DNA from: Candidatus Dormiibacterota bacterium
GTDB lineage: Bacteria > Chloroflexota > Dormibacteria > Aeolococcales > Aeolococcaceae
DNA: 64,000 bases
NCBI GenBank assembly: GCA_963808125.1
Contig: CAWEEP010000007.1
Span: forward strand, 12,820 to 76,819
Direction of reading: 5' to 3'
A model generated the notes under the pieces. The model searched no databases. It was given only the letters and a program-made list of their open reading frames with translations, and was not told where the DNA came from. Each line of letters begins with the position of its first letter. Position 1 is the stretch's first letter. Position numbers and translations under genes: made by a program. This document shows, piece by piece, positions 56,238 through 64,000 of this stretch.

Positions 56238-57576
56238 TCACTATCGAATGCGGCAATCGAGGCGTGGATCCGCCGCACGAAGGTTTCCAGCAGGTCGGTC
56301 GCCTGTTGTTCCGTCAGGGGCCGGGGGTCGTAATGCAGGGTGATGCCCAGCCTGTGGGCGTACAGCGCAACGACAATCGTCACGCACGAGTAAGGGCGCA
56401 CGGGCGCCACGAATATCCGTGTCCTCAAGCGTCACGTTGCCGGCCACAATGACATTCGTCGCGGCGGGGCAAGGGCACATGTGCCAGAAGGTTTCCCACA
56501 TTCGTGAAGATGCAGGATATGGTGCATTTGTCCGCGCGAACCTTCTTCTCCAATCCGCCCAGGAATCGCCGGCAGATGGCCGTGGAAAAAATGAAGGTAA
56601 AACCCAGTTGCAAACGCTTGATCAGGTCCATCTCCTCGTGGATGCCGCGGAGCAACCGGTCGGGATCGGCGAAATCCGGCCCGCGACGGTCGAGGAACAC
56701 GCTGCTGACCATGTTGGCGGCCGGCATCGAGTCGATCGTCTGTCGAGCGCAGATTCATGGGAATCATCATCCGCAACCAACTGCCGTCGTCGTCGATATT
56801 CTGCCGCACGCGCCATTCGGCCAATCGCCAGGAACAGGTCGCGGGCCAACAGGTCGTTGGAGGTCACTCCCTGGCGCATCGCCGCCTTTCGCATGCCGGC
56901 AGTGGCCTCCCGATCGAAGAGGTAATGCACCATCGCCGGGTAGGTTTTCGGCAACGGGGAGTCGTCGGGACAGGCGCGATGGGGAATCAGCGGGGCGGGC
57001 TTGCGCATCAGGAATTGCCGGGCGCCGAGAAGGCCCACGAGCTGCTTGCGGCGCCATGCGGAGCAGCTTTCTCAGAGTCAAACCGAATCGGCCGCGACCG
57101 GCCAATTTGCCGGGATCGAGCGTCGGCAAGCCGGGCCCGGTTCGGCGCAGTGCCATAGGCCATGGCATAGGCGACCAACAGCTCCCTGAGGAACAAGGCG
57201 AATCCCGCCCCGTCGCAGCAGGAGTGGTGAAACTGGATGGTCAGGTCGGAGTCCGTCGCCTCGGTGCGGACGTGGAAACGAATGCCGATCTCCCGCCGCA
57301 GATCCAATCGCGTGGCCGGGGGCAACGGGCCGCCGACCGGAGCGATTCCCACTTGATCGCGGGTGCGGGATTATCCACAGTGGACCATCGCAGCCGGCCG
57401 CCGGCCGCATGTTTCGATCTTTGGCGGCCAACAAGAGGATGACGCGCCAGGACTGTGCGCACGGCCGACTCGAACGCCGCCCGATCCAGACATCCCGAAA
57501 ACCGCAGGCGGACAAAACAACTCCAAGGATAGGCGGGCCGGTCCTCCCAGTAAATAAACTCCTCCATGGTCGTCAA
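56238..57576 (-). CDS. Stand-alone condensation-domain acyltransferase (HHxxxDG family: NRPS C / PapA5 / WS-DGAT-like); at least 4 frameshifts
   Basis: MTTMEEFIYWEDRPAYPWSCFVRLRFSGCLDRAAFESAV.. and the catalytic motif IQFHHSCCDGAGFALFL. Downstream pieces are ..GVTSNDLLARDLFLAIG.., ..MMIPMNLR.., ..NMVSSVFLDR.., ..LGITLHYDPRPLTEQQATDLLETF... No adjacent A or T domains. Confidence 0.65.
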
Positions 57577-57591
57577 GTGGCAAAGACAAAC

Positions 57592-58435
57592 TCATGGCGG
57601 ATTCTCCTGTTTTTCCGCGTTTCCCCTTTTAAAAAGCCTCTGCAAAATGCCGCGGTGCATCATCCAAGTAATCACCCGGTGCGAGAAAAAGCTCTTCAAA
57701 GTGTAGAATTCCCGGAAATGTTGCGAAGATCTTTCGTCCTGCCCGATTTTTTGAAAGAGGATCATATTTTTCACCGGGCAGCGCATTTTCCGATAGTCTT
57801 TGCGGTTCCGCCGTATGAACGAACCGACCAATTGCGTGCCTCGCATCCAGGCGTCGTGAAAAAGTACGTAGCCTTGATCCGCAAGAAGCAAGTCGACGTA
57901 AAAAGAAATCGACAAAAATCGAATCGTAGCGGTGGTTGCCGTCAATAAAGGCGAAATCAAAACTCCGCTGGGCGGTAAGCAGTTGAGGTAGCACTATGTA
58001 GGAATAATCCGGATGGAAATCCAGCCGCCCGCTATATCCCAACGAGGCGATGTTCTCCAAGCCCAGGTTGCCATATTGATCTTGAAAGGGATCCATACAC
58101 GTATGTGTGCCATGGTGCGCCGACATGATCGAGCAGGCCGAGGCCCCGTGGGCCAGTCCGATTTCCAGGGTCCGGCTCAGATTATGTTCCTTTACCCAAC
58201 GGTGCATGAATTCTCCTTCCACCGGGCGGACGGAAATATAGCGCTTTGCCTCCGGAATGCGAATCCGCCCAAGCAATTCTATAATATCCACATTGGCATT
58301 ATCAGGTGCGGGCGAAGCGATATTATCGTGATACATGACAGGCCTCTTTCGCCGGATTATTTTCAGATAAATTGTCGCCTGTTCAAGCATTTCCAAGAAA
58401 GTCTCCCGGCTTGAATGCTGAAATTGAAATCCCAA
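57592..58435 (-). CDS. Class I SAM-dependent methyltransferase (Methyltransf_24 / O-MT family 3-like); one frameshift ~57,915
   Basis: LEIGLAHGASACSI, FAFIDGNHRYDSIFVDF then (shifted) FYVDLLLADQGYVLFHDAW. The alternative start ATG 58390 removes most of the overlap with the upstream gene. Confidence 0.7.
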
Positions 58436-59312
58436 CTCGCTGAACCAACCGGTTGGAGGCCACGAGCCAGGGATAGCGGAGAAAGTAGAGGAAACCCGGC
58501 GGATATTTGTGGGGCGGAAAATGCGTCTTCCACGCCATCCAGGCCAAGAGCCGTCCCAGCCAAAACGGCGCGCTCATCCGCCGCCGACCGGTCAGCTCTC
58601 CGAGCTCCGAGATAGAGATGGTATCGGGCGGAGCGAGATTGTAGGCTCCCGTTCCCTGTCGAACCAGAATCCGGTGAATCGCCGCCGAGACGTCGTCCTC
58701 GTGCACCAATTGAATCGCCGAATCGACGCCATCCAGCAAGACGATAATCGGCATCTCAAAGAGCAGATGCCGCAAATAATTGTCCATGCGGGGACCGCCC
58801 ACAATGCACGGCCGCACACAACTCACGGCAATTTGCGGATGTTCTTCGGCGAACCGGACGAGCATCGCTTCCAGTTCGACCTTGTGGGCCGCGTAAGAGA
58901 ACTGGGGTCCTGCCCGACCCGGCCAGGAGTCGTCCAGCGGCACCGGGTTGTCCGGCCAGGCGCCCAGGGCCGTGGCGCTGGAAGTGACCAATAGGCGTTC
59001 CGCCCCGCTGCCGCTGTCGCCTCTAAAACATTCCGGCTGCCCTCCAAGTTAATCGCGTGCATCTTCCGCTCATCGTGCATCGGCGGCACGACAAAGGCCA
59101 TGTGGACCACCGTGTCGGGCTGGAAGATCTTCAGCGCTTCCACAAGCTCCGGGCGGCGCATGTCGAGTTGGAGGAACTCGTGACCGCCGGGATCCCGAGG
59201 CGGCACGATGTCCAAGCCCAAGATCTTCAACTTCGGGTTCGTGCCAGGCGAAGTATCGAATCAGACTACTTCCCAAATAGCCCGAACTGCCTGTGATAGC
59301 AATGCGTTTCAT
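58383..59312 (-). CDS. NAD-dependent epimerase/dehydratase (extended SDR); two frameshifts
   Basis: MKRIAITGSSGYLGSSLI (GxxGxxG), ..DTVVHMAF.., catalytic YAAHK, ..VRPCIVGGP.. Confidence 0.75.
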
Positions 59313-59366
59313 CCAATGTGCCGGCCAGAAGTGTGCTGTTCTGCGGGATCAAAGATCGATGGGGTA

Positions 59367-60859
59367 TTATAATGACGGTTCGACGAGCCGAGCAATTCCA
59401 CGAACCGCGGCGGCCTGGAGTATCGCGGCTAGGAGCACTCGGCTCCAATCCGTTCCCCTCGATGACCACGCGGCCGATTCGCACTGCCTCGGCAGCCGCC
59501 AGATCGCTATCGCCCAAAGCCCGAAAAGTATGTGCATCGAGTTGGAAAACCGCCGAACACTGCGGACCAAGTCCGTCTTCGACCTCCGTCAACCGGCCGT
59601 TGTGCAACATAAGCTTCCACTGTCCTCCGGCAGGCCCGCTTATGTCCAATCCGAGGCAGTGATTTCCCCAAAGGTTCGGAACCATGCGGCATGTGGTGGC
59701 GGGGCAATTTGTGCATGTGATCGTGGATATCAAAGTCCGGCCGGATCCTTCGGCGCTGAGTTCTTGCCGAAATTGCTTTGGATGGCGTAGCGCACAGATT
59801 CAGAAGCATTGCCGCGTCCATCTCCGGACATGCCAGCGGTGCACGCAGCCGCCCGTTGAGTATCGTCGAATTGCGGATCGTCGCGCCAGATAGGCCCGGT
59901 AAATTTCCATCTGCTGGCGGAAATTATCGAGGAACCAGTCCCCGTTGCAGAGTAAAAGATCCTTTTCGTCGGCCAGGGTGGAATACTCTTCCACGGCATG
60001 TTGTATTACATTGGCTATCAGCGTAAGCGTGGGCGGCCGTTGTGTAACCAAATGGTAGGTTCGGCCATGCAAGGCTTTTGGGAAAAAATGTGCGTAAGCA
60101 CCGCCGAGACCCAATCGACAGGCACAAGATTCTTGCATTCCTTGCCTGTCAGTCCCAAACCTTCCACCAGGTAATGCCCGGCCGTGGAGCCGCGCACCAT
60201 CCGGCTGACCAGAGTGTGCACAACTTCACCATCACGTAAAAACCGTGAAATGTCGCCGTATAGCCCGTCTGGGAATCGCCCACGATGATTGACGGGCGAT
60301 AGATCGTGGGCGGATCGATCCAGGGACTGGCCAAGACCAGCTTCTCGGCCTCAATTTTGCTGTGTTCGTAAGCGTTTCCGGGCGTTTGGCCGACGTCTAA
60401 CTCGGTCTCCAGCACTCGACCCTGGCGCAGCCCGCACACATATGCAGTGGAAACATAATGTAATTGGCGGATCCCCGCAGTGCGGCAAAGATCGAGGATC
60501 CGCCGCGTGCCCTCGAGGTTGCTGAGCCAAGGTTCGCCATCTCGTCCGTTGCTATGGAATGTCAGGTTGGCGGCATTATGAATCACGGAGCGGCAATGTC
60601 GCGAGATCCACCGCAGGTCGCCGCCGTCCAGACCAAGATCCACCTCGGTCAACTCGCCCTCGATCACCACGGGCCGAGGCAAGGGTGTCCGAAGTTCGGC
60701 TTCAAAACGAGATAAGATCGATTCGATCCGTCGCCGAGCCGATTCGCGTTTGGACGGACGCACAAGCACGGCCAGACGATGTCCCTCTCGGAGACTATCT
60801 CGCAATAAATATGATCCCAGCAGCCCAGTGGCGCCGGTGAGCAAATGGTATGTCATCAC
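59367..60859 (-). CDS. Thioester/fatty acyl reductase (NAD_binding_4, 'male sterility' type) fused to a C-terminal SCP2 lipid-binding domain; several frameshifts
   Basis: LLTGATGLLGSYLL, VIHNAANLTF, HYVSTAYVCG, NAYEHSKIEAEKLV (YxxxK), IYRPSIIVGDSQTG. C-terminal GLDISGPAGGQWKLMLHNGRLTEVEDGLGPQCSAVFQLDAHTFRAL..GRVVIEGNG. Confidence 0.7.
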
Positions 60860-61051
60860 TAGACCTTTGGCAGACTTAATAGATTAAACAAAATTTGCTT
60901 TCCACCGCTAATCAAAACGACACAAACTGCCGATGAGCACATCACGTCGTGCTCTTGATTACTGCTTTAAGGGATGCATAGCCCCCAATGCCGCATTAGT
61001 GGAGATTACCTAATATCATCTTCATGATGGAAGGGATCGTCAAGCGGGTCA

Positions 61052-61533
61052 TTGACCATAAAATCTAACCTGGTCCATCTTTTTTCCCCGAGAGTTACTA
61101 CTACCCCGAGACGGATCGACATGGCTATGTGTTCAAACTGGACGTGTTGCCCCCCGCGTCGGGGAAATCCTAGCCAAGATCGGCAAGAAGGCGGGGGTGG
61201 TGGTCAACAAGGCCGATGGGAAGTTTGCAACAACCCATGACCTACGCCGATCTTTCGGCCAAATGGGCAAAGAAGGTAATGCCGGCCGTCTTGCAACGGC
61301 TTATGAGACACGCGAACATTGCCACCACGATGAAATACTATGTCACCCTGGACGCCTACGATCTGGCCGCCGAACTTTGGGCGGGATTCGGTCCAAGAGC
61401 GGGCAACGAATTGAAAAACGGCAACACTTGCGGCAACACTCAGCCCGAAACGGCTGAAAATGATATAACGGGCCCCGCCGAAACATCGACGGAACCCGTT
61501 ATAAGCGAACATCTTGGGGATTTGCTATCTTAG
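61052..61533 (+). mobile_element. Tyrosine recombinase (phage integrase) C-terminal remnant, frameshifted, N-terminal ~200 aa missing
   Basis: ..KFATTHDLRRSFG.. (box I/II region) and (shifted) ..VLQRLMRHANIATTMKYYV (HxxxxxT..Y catalytic Tyr). Confidence 0.75.
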
Positions 61534-61557
61534 TGGACAGGGCCGGGATTGAACCAA
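61534..61557 (-). other. tRNA 3'-end-like fragment (T-loop plus acceptor strand), candidate att site
   Basis: The minus strand reads TTGGTTCAATCCCGGCCCTGTCCA, i.e. GGTTCAATCC followed by a 7-nt acceptor-like strand and a discriminator A. No matching 5' half or anticodon arm nearby. Immediately abuts the integrase stop. Confidence 0.45.
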
Positions 61558-61603
61558 AATGTCGTAAGTGTTGCTATTAAAGGAGTTACGAAAACAGCCA
61601 TTT

Positions 61604-61639
61604 CCTTATCTGACACCTTATCTGACACCTTATCTGACA
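61604..61639. repeat. Perfect 12-nt tandem repeat x3
   Basis: CCTTATCTGACA CCTTATCTGACA CCTTATCTGACA. Confidence 0.95.
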
Positions 61640-61862
61640 ATTGAAGCTCCCAAAATCATGTGGTTATGCCTGCCAGTCTCCCGCTGGTTTTTTGTCCCTT
61701 ATATAGATGGCCTTCGCTAGGACAATGACCTCTGACCATGTACCCTGCCCTTTTGGCCCGGACCAGCCATTCCTAATGGCCGAATGAGCCACTGGCCACG
61801 GCCTCTCGCTTCAGTGGTGGACCGCACCCAGTTGCTAAGAAGAACCCAAAACGGAGACCAAC

Positions 61863-62394
61863 ATGATTCACTTTATTTGTTGTGGTTGTGGTGCAGCACT
61901 AAATATCGGCGACAAATGGGCCGGGCTTCTCGGTCGCTGCCCGCACTGTGGTACGAACACACGACTCCCCGGTTACCCAAAACGCACTTCGAAGTTGCTT
62001 ATCTTGTTTCGCATTGGTTGTATCCCTTTTGCGATAGTGTTTTTTTGGGCCTTGATGTTATCGATTGCTGATGCAGATCTAGCTTTCCACTTCATTCTGG
62101 GTGCAGTAATTGCGTTTGCTGTAATCATGCTTTTCCTATGGGGAGTGTACAAATCTTCTCACGTTCCTTTCTGGACCAAGAGAATATCTTTTGTGGAAAA
62201 GGGGTGGAGGAGATCCATTTTTTGATACGATCGATGGACCGTTAAATAATGACCCTCCAGAGGTCAGATTTCAAGAATTATTTCGTGAGAAGGCACGACA
62301 GGAGTGGGAGGCTAATTTTGGCCCACTACCGATGCCTAATTCTACGCCTCCTTCAGATTCCACAAAAGGTATCGACGACCCGGACGTAATTTAG
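61863..62394 (+). CDS. Zinc-ribbon membrane protein, paralogue 1 (one frameshift ~62,165)
   Basis: MIHFICCGCGAALNIGDKWAGLLGRCPHCGTNTRLP (CxxC..CxxC), then 2-3 TM helices. The tail (shifted) is LWKRGGGDPFFDTIDGPLNNDPPEVRFQELFREKARQEWEANFGPLPMP..DSTKGIDDPDVI. GGAGA Shine-Dalgarno. Confidence 0.65.
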
Positions 62395-62403
62395 GAGAAC
62401 AAT

Positions 62404-62907
62404 ATGATTAACTTTAACTGTGCTAGTTGCCATAAATCATTGTACATTCGTGATGCAATGGTTGGGAATCTAGCCGCTTGTCCGTATTGTTGGGCGGAGA
62501 CTGTGGTACCGAATAGTCCGATGCGAACTTCAAAGCTGACAATCATAGGACGTATGGTAGCTATACCGATGATAGTGGTGTGTGCCGTCGGTGCTTTGTT
62601 AGGAGCACCGGTGATTATTGGAGGTGCAATTGGTCTTGCTCTTATGCTTGGATTCTGGTGGGCTTTCACCAACATTGGCACATTTTTGATGAATCCAGGG
62701 TATTACCGGCTTTGGAAAAGGGGCGGGGGAGATCCTTGGTATGACTCAATAGATCCCACCGTTTAATAATGACCCGCCATCTGTTCGTTATCAAGAAATG
62801 TTCGGGAAAAGGCGAGGCAGGAGTGGGAAGCGAGTTTTGGCCCATTACCAATCCCGTCTCTTCCTCCCGATTCGACAAAATGGATCGACGATCCGAACGT
62901 GATTTGA
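62404..62907 (+). CDS. Zinc-ribbon membrane protein, paralogue 2 (two frameshifts ~62,760 and ~62,805)
   Basis: MINFNCASCHKSLYIRDAMVGNLAACPYCWAETVVP, then TM helices. The tail is LWKRGGGDPWYDSIDPT/(shift)NNDPPSVRYQEMF/(shift)EKARQEWEASFGPLPIP..DSTKWIDDPNVI. AGGAG Shine-Dalgarno. Confidence 0.65.
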
Positions 62908-62916
62908 GGTGATTTT

Positions 62917-63036
62917 ATGGGAATAGGTATTTTCTTGTTTATCGTCGCACTCATCGTGTTGGCTTCATTGCAATATCACACCGATATGAATCGTCTCCAC
63001 GATGATTATGAGAAGTGGAAAAACAATAGAAGATGA
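62917..63036 (+). CDS. 39-aa single-TM peptide
   Basis: GAGGTGA Shine-Dalgarno 5 nt upstream. MGIGIFLFIVALIVLASLQYHTDMNRLHDDYEKWKNNRR. The stop overlaps the next ATG (ATGA). Not in the supplied ORF track because it is under 60 aa. Confidence 0.45.
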   Translation: MGIGIFLFIVALIVLASLQYHTDMNRLHDDYEKWKNNRR

Positions 63037-63385
63037 TCACCCGCTTCGTCTGTATTCGATGCGAGGGCAAAAAGTGTCTCCGCTGCATGGGCCGAGGTTG
63101 GGTCGGTGAGACTCTCGTGCGAATTGAACGGCAGAACAAGCTCGCCGAAGTCGTCGCCACGAAACTAGTGCAAAAAAGATCGCTGAAGTGGGGCAGGAGG
63201 AATGGGTGAGGCGGGCGGTTGAGAAGAATCTGACCGACGATCAGTTCACCGAAATCGAGATTTGGTCAGCCACCGGACCCATCAAGTACCAACTGATGTG
63301 CCTGACCAACGAAGTTCTTGATGCTCTCGCAGACCTGGCTGGGATTGAGATGCCGCCAGTCTTTGTGGCGGACCAGCCGAGTTGA
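63033..63385 (+). CDS. Small protein with DnaJ-type CxxCxGxxCxxCxGxG zinc finger (frameshift in an A6 run ~63,170)
   Basis: MITRFVCIRCEGKKCLRCMGRGWVGETLVRIERQNKLAEVVATKLV then (shifted) KKIAEVGQEEWVRRAVEKNLTDDQFTEIEIWSATGPIKYQLMCLTNEVL.. Confidence 0.5.
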
Positions 63386-63948
63386 ATGTGGATTGGATGA
63401 GGAGTAACAACGTGGAAGACCAACACAAAATCAGAAAATGGATAAGATTCGCCTGTGAACGCAACGAAGTCCCAGAATTGGCTCAGATGTTCTTGGTCGA
63501 ATGGAATACCAGATTCACTTGTCGCCTTGGGGATGCAATCTACAACCGGATCACGATGGGAGCAAGGATACGGCTTAGCGTGCCTCTCTGGCCCCGATCC
63601 TCGGAAAATGATCGCGAGAGAGACGGTCATTCACGAAACGTGCCATCGTAATCGTTGGCTTCAAACACGGGTATGTCCCTCGCCCTCACGGCTGCCGAAT
63701 GGCAAAATGCGATGCAAAAATGCGGTTTGAAACCCCATCGTCTCCACAGCATTGACCGCACTGGACTGGCTCGACGGCGACGATTGTTTATGCTGTGCAA
63801 TTGCCCCAAAGAGCAAAAATGTCGAATCCTTGTTAGGCAGTTCAATCTGGTGCGTCGGGGAGAGGAATTCTGGTGCAAGGTCTGCGGCTTGCATCTCAAT
63901 CGGGAGTCGGCCATCGAAGAGGATCTGACGGCCAGTGCAACGGTATAA
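63382..63948 (+). CDS. SprT-like zinc metalloprotease with C-terminal zinc ribbon (two frameshifts)
   Basis: FLVEWNTRFTCRLGDAIYN..IRLSVPLW, (shifted) ETVIHETCH (HExxH), (shifted) EWQNAMQKCGLKPHRLHS..CNCPKEQKCRILVRQFNLVRRGEEFWCKVCGLHL. Collinear with E. coli SprT. Confidence 0.7.
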
Positions 63949-64000
63949 ATAATTCTGACGTTCATATCCATTGCCTTGCAAAATTTGCAATATTCCCTGC

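Noticed and set aside
61534-61610. tRNA gene next to the integrase.
   Set aside because: Only a T-loop plus 3' acceptor-like strand is present. No complementary 5' acceptor strand (GGACAGG), D-arm or anticodon arm can be found in the adjacent 80 nt.
61604-61639. Possible CRISPR array, either the 12-nt x3 repeat here or the 29-mer pair at 51914-51974.
   Set aside because: The repeats are directly tandem or separated by only 3 nt. There are no unique spacers of 25-40 nt and no cas genes. The 29-mers belong to a dispersed inverted-repeat family.
63627-63990. Minus-strand ORFs 63627-63971 and 63661-63990.
   Set aside because: They overlap the well-supported SprT-like frames on the plus strand. 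They have no recognisable motifs and no ribosome-binding site.
63975-63995. TTGCAA-AAT-TTGCAA at the right edge as an operator.
   Set aside because: These are two self-complementary hexamers only. They are too short and too close to the window end to evaluate.

Overview
The window is a composite of at least four unrelated pieces. (1) 1 to ~45,470 is ~72% GC and looks like an actinobacterial chromosome. It carries an EF-G paralogue, PlsY-like and DedA genes, a ROK kinase, split glycine-cleavage P protein gcvPA/gcvPB, pyrE, dinB, a PAS-GGDEF-EAL protein, hom-thrC-thrB-ask, ychF, tyrA, a tail-anchored protein with a Get3/ArsA-type ATPase, phoU with a PHS-type phosphate transporter, an ECF sigma/anti-sigma pair, lprG with an MFS pump, cca and rplI-dnaB. 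(2) ~45,470 to ~46,9xx is a short ~65% GC piece holding fragments of an alphaproteobacterial-style class III adenylate cyclase N-terminal region. (3) ~46,9xx to ~48,520 is a UvrD-like helicase fragment. (4) ~48,520 to the end is ~50-55% GC and resembles Planctomycetota. It carries a Zn-ribbon/HD hydrolase, a 790-bp ORF-free AT-rich spacer, a HAF-repeat PEP-CTERM protein, a cluster of short repeats and a glycan/lipid gene cluster. That cluster comprises an FrhB-like protein, a pyruvyl transferase, a GT2, a stand-alone condensation domain, a methyltransferase, an epimerase and an acyl reductase-SCP2 fusion. It is followed by an integrase remnant with a tRNA-3'-end-like att fragment and a tight five-gene module of unknown function. 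dnaB, a DUF3786 gene, the helicase and the integrase are each cut at segment boundaries, so mis-assembly or contig concatenation is the most likely cause. Genes in every segment carry single-base frameshifts, mostly at homopolymer runs, which points to uncorrected sequencing errors rather than real pseudogenes. I found no rRNA gene, complete tRNA gene or CRISPR array.
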